A stretch of DNA of 64,000 bases. Origin: Bacteroidales bacterium (GTDB lineage Bacteria > Bacteroidota > Bacteroidia > Bacteroidales > UBA932). Below are positions 1 to 7,587 of the stretch, piece after piece; the first letter of the stretch is position 1; each line of letters begins with the position of its first letter. Position numbers and translations under genes: made by a program. The stretch spans positions 9,133-73,132 of the forward strand of contig JAFPGC010000030.1 in NCBI GenBank assembly GCA_017423025.1. Reading direction: 5' to 3'. The notes under the pieces are model-generated. The model saw only the letters and a list, made by a program, of their open reading frames with translations. It did not search any database and was not told the origin of the DNA.

Positions 1-547
1 CGGCGGAATAGCCGAAATCGGTTCCCTTCAGGGCCCAGAGCAGATCCTTGGTCCAGTTGACAAAGTCCGGGGAAGTGGCGCGGAGGATCACTTCGCGGTT
101 GGTGGCGTTGCCGTTGTGGCCGGTGTAGTAGATGTAGTACAGGCCGTCGGCCTCGTTGTAGACGCAGCAGCCGGTGCCGATGGCGGCATCCTGCTCCCAG
201 ATGGAGGCGCCCACAGGGAGAACCTCACCCAGCGAAGTGTAGGAAGCACCGTCCTTGGTGCCCACACCCCAAATGGGGTGGAAGTTGTAGGTGGCGTTGT
301 TGTCGAATTCCTGCAGGTACAGCACCTTGAACTCGCCGGCCTTGCTGTCATAGAAAGGCATGGGGTCACCTACACGGCCGATAGCGGGGGTGTAGTACGT
401 GCTGAAGCCTTTCTCATCGGCCGATTCGAAGAATTCAGCCGTCTCGTCCCAGGGCTTCGGGGCATCACCGTAGTGTTCCTTGTTGCAGGAAAGGGTGGCC
501 GCCAGGGCTACGCCGGTAAGGGCAATATATTGGAAAAATGTTTTCAT
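1..547 (-). CDS. GH32 glycoside hydrolase lipoprotein, endo-levanase-like (BT1760-type); 3' end lies outside the window
   Basis: Not in the ORF track because no stop falls in the window. Manual translation from ATG at 547: MKTFFQYIALTGVALAATLSC (lipobox)...RVGDPMPFYD...FHPIWG...DAAIGTG...YYIYYTGHN, i.e. GH32 beta-propeller blade motifs with a nucleophile Asp in GDPMP. Lies directly downstream of SusC/SusD/SGBP. Confidence 0.85.
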   Translation of the reverse strand, partial: MKTFFQYIALTGVALAATLSCNKEHYGDAPKPWDETAEFFESADEKGFSTYYTPAIGRVGDPMPFYDSKAGEFKVLYLQEFDNNATYNFHPIWGVGTKDGASYTSLGEVLPVGASIWEQDAAIGTGCCVYNEADGLYYIYYTGHNGNATNREVILRATSPDFVNWTKDLLWALKGTDFGYSA

Positions 548-552
548 AACTT

Positions 553-1941
553 CTACTTGGTCAGATGGTTAATAGCGTTCTTCGTCATGGTGGCGATGTT
601 CGCGTGGAAGTGCTCCTCGTATTCGGGCTCGAAGGTGTAGGAATACCAGTCATAGCAGCCGGAGCCGATGCAGATGATTCCACCCTTGCCGTCCTTGGCG
701 GGATACTCCCAGGCAACCACGGCGCCGTCACCGCCCACACCCAGGATGGTGGCACCGGTACGGGCCTCCCAGGCCGCGTGGTCGTCGTATCCGCCCCAGT
801 CGGTACCAATATGGTACTGGGCTGTGGAGTTGGTGATATGGTAACCGTTGTCCGTGCAGTAGACCTTGTTGGGGTCGTCGCCGGCAATCAGACCGCTGAA
901 CAGCGGGTGCTCGTTCTGGCCGCCGAAGATGTTGAAGTCCCAAGGACCCCAGCAGCGTTCTGCGCTGTCTTCGTTCTGGCCCCAGCAGTTGTTGGGAGTG
1001 GTCCACTCGTCGTCACCGGTAGCGCCGATGAAGGAAGGCAGGTTGGTGGCATAGCGGGTGAGGAAGAAGGCGCCGCCGTTCTCGTAGTAGGCGCGGAGCT
1101 GGTTGAGGGCTGCCATAGCCTCGGGAGCCTTGGCGATGAAGTTGTCGTGACCGTCCACACCTCCGTCCATATGGAAGTGCCACCAGATGATTTCGCACTC
1201 ATCCAGTTCCACGGTTCCGGCCTGGAAGTCGGCAAAGCTGGTGTACAGGGATCCGGGCACATTGGAAAGCATCCACTGGCAGGCGGTGCCGGCCTCGGGA
1301 TCCAGGTCGTTCATATTGGCAGGAACGCCGATGAACAGGGCCTTGGGCTTGTCAATGGCGGTAACCGTCACCGTATACACGCTCTTGGCAGAGTTGTTGG
1401 TCACCGTGTACTGCACGGGCTCGGTAAAGTCTTGCGGCACGCCGGAAGCGGGAGAGATGGTGGCGTTGACGCTGATGGTGATGGTAGGTACCAGGGCGTT
1501 GATGCCTTCCGACTTGGGCACGAAGGCCGTGATGGTCTTGGCTTCCTGGTCGATGGTACCGGTGTAGATCTCGTTCAGCACGAAGTGCGTGATGCGGGCT
1601 TCGTCGTGCAGGACGCTCAGCGTCCAGTCGAGGGAGGCGTCACCGTTGGTCACGTGGATACCCTTGGCGGCATCCATATTGAGTTTCTGCCCCTTGGTTA
1701 CATTGCAGGAAGCACCGCTGGAGAGGGTGAGTTCCGTAATCTCCATCTCGGAGGTGGCGTACACTTCCGGAAGACGGACCACAATCTGACGGGCGGCCAG
1801 GTCTATGGTACCCTTGAATTGGTCCAGGGAGATGGACTGCACCAGGCAGTCACCGCTCAGCTGGAGGTCGCTCACGTTTTTCTTTGCGCAGCCTGCCAGA
1901 CAAAGCAGGGCGGCTGCCATATAGAGGAATTTGTGTTTCAT
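553..1941 (-). CDS. Surface glycan-binding lipoprotein (SusE-positioned, DUF4960/BT1761-like)
   Basis: Lipobox LAGC, two Ig-like repeats (QDFTEPVQYTVT), aromatic-rich C-terminal domain; positioned between SusD and GH32. Confidence 0.8.
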   Translation of the reverse strand: MKHKFLYMAAALLCLAGCAKKNVSDLQLSGDCLVQSISLDQFKGTIDLAARQIVVRLPEVYATSEMEITELTLSSGASCNVTKGQKLNMDAAKGIHVTNGDASLDWTLSVLHDEARITHFVLNEIYTGTIDQEAKTITAFVPKSEGINALVPTITISVNATISPASGVPQDFTEPVQYTVTNNSAKSVYTVTVTAIDKPKALFIGVPANMNDLDPEAGTACQWMLSNVPGSLYTSFADFQAGTVELDECEIIWWHFHMDGGVDGHDNFIAKAPEAMAALNQLRAYYENGGAFFLTRYATNLPSFIGATGDDEWTTPNNCWGQNEDSAERCWGPWDFNIFGGQNEHPLFSGLIAGDDPNKVYCTDNGYHITNSTAQYHIGTDWGGYDDHAAWEARTGATILGVGGDGAVVAWEYPAKDGKGGIICIGSGCYDWYSYTFEPEYEEHFHANIATMTKNAINHLTK

Positions 1942-1956
1942 TGTATTTCTAGATTA

Positions 1957-3681
1957 TCACCAGGAACCGATATTCTGAGTGTAGTGGCCGTTGGAGGCGG
2001 CGATTTGAGAGGCGGGGATGGGAAGATACTCGTCCTTCTCGGCCGTGAACTTGGCATCCCTGTAGATGGTGCACTTGGAGGCTTCCTCGGCGAAGTATTT
2101 GTTCAGGACCGTGGCGGCTTCGCCCCAGCGGACCAGGTCGAAGAAACGCTCGCTCTCCATACCCATTTCCAGGCGGCGCTCCATCTTGACCATCTTGATG
2201 ACGTCTTCCTTGCCAAAGCTTCCCTTGTATTCGGTAGCGTAGATCTTGACACCGTAGCGGGAAGGGTAGTCGGAGAACATCTGGGTGGAACCGGCGGCGC
2301 GGCGGCGGATCTCGTTCACCAGGCCGAGGGCTTCGCCGGTCTCGCCCAGCTGGGCAAAGGCTTCGGCGCGCTCCAGGATCACATCGGCATAACGGAAGAC
2401 GATGCGGTTCATCGAAGAGGCCCAGTAGGAGCCCTTGATCAGGTATTCACCCACCAGAGCGGGGTCTACGTTGTGCTTGAGGCTGATGTAATAACCGTAC
2501 AGGCCGTTGCCGCGGCTCCACTGCTTGGTCTCGTCCTGGATGAAGTTCTTGTTGAACAGGTAGGGGAGGCCGGGCATACCCACGGTGAGGAACAGACGGG
2601 GGTCTGCATTGTCTTCGAAACTGTAGTTCCTCTCGTTGAAGCCGTCCAGGAAAGGAAGGCCGTCGGCTCCGGTGCGGAAGGCGTTCACCAGGTTCTGGCT
2701 GGGCTTGTAGAAGTCGCAGGCGCCGTCGGTGACATTGTCAATGCTGGGGCCGATCAGGCCGTAGCTCCAGTTCAGGTTGCCGTAGGTGGAACCGTCGTTG
2801 CGGGAGTACTGGATGGCCCAGAGGCTCTCCTTGCCGTTCTCATACATCTCTTCCGGGCGGAAGTTGTTGTGGATGTCGGCTTCCAGGCCATAATTGGTGT
2901 AGTACTTGGGATCGGAGTATTCAATCACCTTCTTCAGGTCTTCCGTGCTGATGCTGGTGACCGCGTTGGACTGGGCATTGTCCTGGTGATAGGCCTTGTA
3001 CAGGTACAGCTTGGTGAGGAAGGCGGCGGCAGCAGCCTTGGTGGGGCGGCCCTTTTCGGCCTGCACTTCCGGCAGCACGTCAAAGGCGGCTTTCACATCG
3101 TCGATGATCACCTGCCAGCCCTCGTCGTTGGAATAGGTGGTGTTGGACAGTTCGTTGTACTGCTCGTAGGTGAGGGAAGGGTCGATGACGAAGGGAATGT
3201 TCTTGAACAGACGCTTCAGAAGGAAGTGGCCGTAACCGCGCAGGAAGCGCATTTCGGCCATACGCTGGTCCTTCATGGCAAAGCTGTCGTCGCACTCGTT
3301 CAGGAGGGCGATGGCGCTATTTACGCGGGAAAGGGCGTTGTACAGACGCACCCAGATGTCGTTGAGGTTCCAGTTGGTCGTCAGGACACCCTGCTGGATT
3401 TCCAGCTGGTGGAACACGTCACCGTCGCTGGTACCGTTGCCGCCCTTGTAGGCGTCGTCGGAACGGACGTCAAAGTTCCACATGGAGAAGGAGGAGTTGA
3501 TGTCCTCGGCCGATGTAAAGATGGCATAGGCGGCCACCACCATGCCTTCGGCATTGGCGGGGTCTTTCGCCTGCTCATCACTCAGGGTAGCCTGGGGAAC
3601 CTGTTCGGACAGGAGCTTGTTGCAGGAAAACAGAACGCAGCAAGCCAGGCCCATATATAGGATGGAAATAAGCTTTCTCAT
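1957..3681 (-). CDS. susD: RagB/SusD family glycan-binding lipoprotein
   Basis: Start MRKLISILY with lipobox LFSC; SusD motifs AEMRFLRG, FRYADVILERAEA, ERRLEMGMESERFFDLVRWG, YLPIP...QNIGSW. Confidence 0.95.
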   Translation of the reverse strand: MRKLISILYMGLACCVLFSCNKLLSEQVPQATLSDEQAKDPANAEGMVVAAYAIFTSAEDINSSFSMWNFDVRSDDAYKGGNGTSDGDVFHQLEIQQGVLTTNWNLNDIWVRLYNALSRVNSAIALLNECDDSFAMKDQRMAEMRFLRGYGHFLLKRLFKNIPFVIDPSLTYEQYNELSNTTYSNDEGWQVIIDDVKAAFDVLPEVQAEKGRPTKAAAAAFLTKLYLYKAYHQDNAQSNAVTSISTEDLKKVIEYSDPKYYTNYGLEADIHNNFRPEEMYENGKESLWAIQYSRNDGSTYGNLNWSYGLIGPSIDNVTDGACDFYKPSQNLVNAFRTGADGLPFLDGFNERNYSFEDNADPRLFLTVGMPGLPYLFNKNFIQDETKQWSRGNGLYGYYISLKHNVDPALVGEYLIKGSYWASSMNRIVFRYADVILERAEAFAQLGETGEALGLVNEIRRRAAGSTQMFSDYPSRYGVKIYATEYKGSFGKEDVIKMVKMERRLEMGMESERFFDLVRWGEAATVLNKYFAEEASKCTIYRDAKFTAEKDEYLPIPASQIAASNGHYTQNIGSW

Positions 3682-3694
3682 AATCGGTATAGCA

Positions 3695-6600
3695 TTAGAA
3701 GGAAACATTGATACCCAGCGTCACGTTCGTAGGGATAGGATAGCCGAAGTTCGGGTTCTCCGGATCTACGCCCGTGAATTTGCTGCTCTTGATGGTGAGA
3801 AGGTTCTGGGCCGATACATAAGCTCTCAGGCGGGCCATGTGAAGGGCTTCACAGACGCGCTTGGAGAAGTTGTAGCCCAGCTGGATGGTGCGGAGCTTGG
3901 CGAAGGAGCCGTCTTCCACGAAGTAGGAGGAGACGCGCTTTTCGTTGTTGTTGTCCATCGTGCTCACGGCCGGGATGTTGGAGGCCATGTTGACGGGGCT
4001 CCAGGCATCCAGCATACGGCGGCCCTTGTTCAGGTTGGAGATGTTCAGGCCGCTCCACAGGTCGGTCTGCTTCTTGAAGTCGCTGATCACATCCACACCC
4101 TGGACACCCTGCCAGAACATGGTAAGGTCTACATTCTTGTACTGCAGATAGATGTTCAGACCCCAGGTGAAATCCGGAACGGGAGAGTAGATCCATTTCT
4201 GGTCTTTCTCGTTGATGATGCCATCGCTGTTGAGGTCTTTCCAGCGGATGCGGCCCAGGCCGGCGCCGTTCTGCACGGCGTGGTTGTCAATCTCGTCCTG
4301 GCTCTTGAAGATGCCGTCGTAGACATAACCCACCTGGGCACCCATCGGGTGACCCACCACGCTCTCCACGCCGTTACCACCGAAGGTACCGTTGGCGGCG
4401 ATGGTGTCGGGCAGTTTGGTGACCGTATTCATATAGGTGCCGATGTTGGCAGCCAGGTCGTACTGGAAGTCTCCCACTTCTCCGCGATAACCCACGTTGA
4501 ATTCCAGACCCTTGTTGTCCATGGCGCCGGCGTTGATCCACTGGGAGGATCCTTCACCCATTACGCCGATACCGGGCATATAGACCAGAATGTCGGTGGT
4601 TTTCTTGTAGTAGGCCTCGAAGGAGCCGTAGAGGGCGCTCTTGAACAGGGCGAAGTCCAAACCCACGTTGGTCTGGGTGGTGGTTTCCCACTTCAGGTTG
4701 TCGTTGCCCAGCTGGTTGCGTTTGAAGCCGCTGGGAAGCGTCTGTCCGCCGTTGGTGCCGGCAATGTCGTAGCTGGTACCGTAGCTCTGTCCGCCGAAGC
4801 CGGCCTCGCCGTAATTACTTTCATAGAGGGTGTAGCGGGCCACGTTGGCAATTTCCTGGTTACCGGTCTGGCCCCAGCTGGCGCGGATCTTCAGGTTGTC
4901 CAGCCAGGTGGCGTTCTCCATGAAGGGTTCCTTGTCAATTCTCCAACCCAGGGAGACGGAAGGGAACAGACCGAAGCGGTTGTTGCGGCCAAAGCGGCTG
5001 GATCCGTCGTAACGGACGGTGACGCTGGCCAGGTAGCGGTCTGCGAAGTTGTAGTTGGCCTTTCCGAAGAAGGAGACCAGGGTGAATCCTCCGCCGCCGC
5101 CATAGGCTTCGGCCTCTCCTACTGCGGCGCTGGGCCACATGTAATCGGGATTCAGGACGGCGAAGTCATAGGCCTTGCCGCTGAACCAGGTGTCCTTTTC
5201 GCGGTTGATTTCCGTACCTACCAGCACGTCTCCGCGGTGTTTGCCCACCTCGAAGTTGTAAGTGGCGATGGCATTCCACATCCACTTGAGCCAGTGCTCC
5301 TGCTTGCCTTCCACCGCGTTGGTGGGATTGGCAACCGTACCTTCCGTAACGGGATAGGTGAAGATGCGCTGTTCCTTCTGGGCATAGTCTATACCGAAGG
5401 TGGTCTTGATGTTGAAACCCTTGAAGGGGTTGATGTTCAAGAAGGCGTCGCCGAAGATTCTCCAGTAGGAGTAGCGGTTGTCGGCGTTGCGGGTGAGGCG
5501 GGCCAGGGGGTTCTCGCGGTCGGCATAGCCGCCCACGGGACCGGCGAACTCACCGGTAGTGGTGTAAACAGGGATGGAGGGGTTGAACTGGAGCACATTC
5601 TCCAGGAATCCGCCGGGAGCCTGCACTTCGGAGGTGCGGTTCACGGTGAAGTGCTCACCCACGGTGATGATGTTGCGGTCTCCGATCTTCAGGAGCTTGA
5701 AGTCCGTGTTGATACGGGCGCTCAGGCGGGAGAAGTCGGAGTATTTGATGATACCGTCGTTCTTGTAGTAACCCAGGGAGAAGAAGGAGTTGCCGCGCTC
5801 GGTACCGTTGCTCAGCGAGAGGTTGTACTGCTGGATGATACCGGTGCGGGTGGTCTCGCGGAACCAGTCCGTATCGCTGGCGGGAGTGATGCCGGCAGCG
5901 TCCAGGTATTTGGACATTCCCACCTTGTTCAGGACGGGGTTGCCGCTGGCGTCGTAGCCCCAGTTGTACTGGTAGCCCAGGGCATTCATATTGGGATTGA
6001 GGCCGTCGTTCACATAGCCCTGCCACATCACCTTGCCAAATTCCTCGGCATTGAGGACCTGCATGCGGTTCACGTAGGACTGGGCGGCCACGGAGGCGTC
6101 GAAGTCTACTTTCACCTTGCCTTCCTTGCCGGCCTTGGTGGTGATGATGATGACGCCGTTGGCGGCGCGGCTACCGTAGATGGAAGCGGAAGCAGCGTCC
6201 TTGAGCACCTGGATGGACTCGATGTCGTTACCGTTGAGCTCGTGCATACCGGCCTTGGTGGGCACGCCGTCAATGATATACAGAGGATCATTGTCGTTGA
6301 GGGTGCCGATACCGCGGATGCGCACCGTTGCGGCGCCGGAAGGGGAACCGTCGGCACTGATGTTCATGCCGGGAACGCGTCCCTGCAGAGCTTTCACAGG
6401 GTTGTTCTCATTCTGTTTGGCCAGGTCTGCTGTGTTTACCGTAGAGATGGCACCGGTGAGGTCGGCCTTTCTCTGGACCGTGTAGCCGGTTACCACCACC
6501 TCGTTCAGCAGCTGGGCGTCTTCGTCCATGACAACGGACATCTGGGCCTGGGCCGGAAGTTCAAGGGTGGAGTACCCGATGGAGGAAAAGACCAGGATGG

Positions 6601-6805
6601 CACCTTCCTTGACGGTAAGGGTAAAGTTGCCGTCAAAGTCTGTGATGGTCCCGTTGTCGGTTCCTTTTTCCTGGACTGCGGCGCCGATGACGCCGTAGCC
6701 GTCGGCCGAAGAGGTCACAACGCCTGTGACCGTGATCTGCTGCGCGAAGGCGCTGGCGCCGGCGAGCAGAAGGGCCGAAATAAAGAGTGATTTCAGTTTA
6801 AACAT
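3695..6805 (-). CDS. susC: SusC/RagA TonB-dependent transporter
   Basis: Signal peptide, CarboxypepD_reg-like N domain (GTITDFDGNF), plug motifs PLYIIDGVP and DIESIQVLKDAASASIYGSRAANGVIIITTK, LKWETT, C-terminal Phe. Confidence 0.97.
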   Translation of the reverse strand: MFKLKSLFISALLLAGASAFAQQITVTGVVTSSADGYGVIGAAVQEKGTDNGTITDFDGNFTLTVKEGAILVFSSIGYSTLELPAQAQMSVVMDEDAQLLNEVVVTGYTVQRKADLTGAISTVNTADLAKQNENNPVKALQGRVPGMNISADGSPSGAATVRIRGIGTLNDNDPLYIIDGVPTKAGMHELNGNDIESIQVLKDAASASIYGSRAANGVIIITTKAGKEGKVKVDFDASVAAQSYVNRMQVLNAEEFGKVMWQGYVNDGLNPNMNALGYQYNWGYDASGNPVLNKVGMSKYLDAAGITPASDTDWFRETTRTGIIQQYNLSLSNGTERGNSFFSLGYYKNDGIIKYSDFSRLSARINTDFKLLKIGDRNIITVGEHFTVNRTSEVQAPGGFLENVLQFNPSIPVYTTTGEFAGPVGGYADRENPLARLTRNADNRYSYWRIFGDAFLNINPFKGFNIKTTFGIDYAQKEQRIFTYPVTEGTVANPTNAVEGKQEHWLKWMWNAIATYNFEVGKHRGDVLVGTEINREKDTWFSGKAYDFAVLNPDYMWPSAAVGEAEAYGGGGGFTLVSFFGKANYNFADRYLASVTVRYDGSSRFGRNNRFGLFPSVSLGWRIDKEPFMENATWLDNLKIRASWGQTGNQEIANVARYTLYESNYGEAGFGGQSYGTSYDIAGTNGGQTLPSGFKRNQLGNDNLKWETTTQTNVGLDFALFKSALYGSFEAYYKKTTDILVYMPGIGVMGEGSSQWINAGAMDNKGLEFNVGYRGEVGDFQYDLAANIGTYMNTVTKLPDTIAANGTFGGNGVESVVGHPMGAQVGYVYDGIFKSQDEIDNHAVQNGAGLGRIRWKDLNSDGIINEKDQKWIYSPVPDFTWGLNIYLQYKNVDLTMFWQGVQGVDVISDFKKQTDLWSGLNISNLNKGRRMLDAWSPVNMASNIPAVSTMDNNNEKRVSSYFVEDGSFAKLRTIQLGYNFSKRVCEALHMARLRAYVSAQNLLTIKSSKFTGVDPENPNFGYPIPTNVTLGINVSF

Positions 6806-6848
6806 ATAATTTTGGTTAATAATCCCGTGTTATCTCGGGGTTTGTGCA

Positions 6849-6856
6849 CAAATATA
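6849..6856 (-). promoter_or_regulatory. Bacteroidota sigma-A -7 element (TATATTTG) of the susC operon
   Basis: CAAATATA on the + strand matches TAnnTTTG, about 45 nt upstream of the susC start. Confidence 0.7.
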
Positions 6857-6878
6857 GAAATAAGGTGCGCTTGCGCCC

Positions 6879-6914
6879 TGCAACGGATGTTACCACCTAT
6901 GCAACAAATGATAC
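6879..6914. promoter_or_regulatory. Putative activator operator: 15-bp direct repeat with 21-bp period
   Basis: TGCAACGGATGTTAC (6879-6893) and TGCAACAAATGATAC (6900-6914), 12/15 identical, just upstream of the susC promoter. Confidence 0.6.
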
Positions 6915-6952
6915 GATGAAACATTTTTTACGGCAATTGCATCAAAGTTTTG

Positions 6953-6960
6953 TACCTTTG
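6953..6960 (+). promoter_or_regulatory. -7 promoter element (TACCTTTG) of ruvC
   Basis: TAnnTTTG match 7 nt before ATG 6968. Confidence 0.7.
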
Positions 6961-6967
6961 TGGGCCG

Positions 6968-7525
6968 ATGGACAGCGAACGCATCATACTGGGAATAGAC
7001 CCCGGCACGCAGCTGCTGGGTTTTGGAATCATCCGCGTGGAGGGGAAGAAAGCCTCCTATGTGGATATGGGTGTGCTGGACCTTCGCAAGGAAAAGGACG
7101 CTTACACCAAGCTCCAGGCCATCTATGACTGCATTTCCGAGGTGTGCAAGAATTACCATCCCACCGAACTGGCCATCGAAAGCCCCTTCTACGGAAAGAA
7201 CGCGCAGGTAGTCCTTAAATTAGGGCGCGCGCAAGGGGCCGCCATCATCGCCGCCCTGGAATACGGGGTGCAGTCCGTGACGGAATATGCTCCCCGAAAA
7301 GCCAAGGAAGCCATTGTGGGCAATGGTGCCGCCTCCAAGGAACAGGTGCAGCTGATGCTGGAAAAGACGCTGGGTGTGAAACTCGAGAGCCGTCACCTGG
7401 ACGCCACCGATGCCCTGGCCATCGCGCTTTGTCATTTTTACGAAACTTCTTCTCCGCTGAAGGCCGCCAAGGGCAAGGGAGGCTGGGAGCAGTTCGTAAA
7501 AGACAACCCGGACAGAATTTTTTAA
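6968..7525 (+). CDS. ruvC: Holliday junction endonuclease RuvC
   Basis: ILGIDPG, LAIESPF, LGRAQG, GNGAASKEQV, DATDALAIA motifs. Confidence 0.96.
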   Translation: MDSERIILGIDPGTQLLGFGIIRVEGKKASYVDMGVLDLRKEKDAYTKLQAIYDCISEVCKNYHPTELAIESPFYGKNAQVVLKLGRAQGAAIIAALEYGVQSVTEYAPRKAKEAIVGNGAASKEQVQLMLEKTLGVKLESRHLDATDALAIALCHFYETSSPLKAAKGKGGWEQFVKDNPDRIF

Positions 7526-7587
7526 ATTTTTAATTAAACCTTGCCGCCGTGAGGGTGTCAAAGGTTTTGTATTTGTATCGATATTAT

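Noticed and set aside
565-6790. Very long plus-strand ORFs 565-3660 (1031 aa) and 3542-6790 (1082 aa)
   Set aside because: Antisense shadows of SGBP/susD/susC. Strong C/G third-position bias removes stops on the opposite strand; no motifs, and V/G/L-rich composition.
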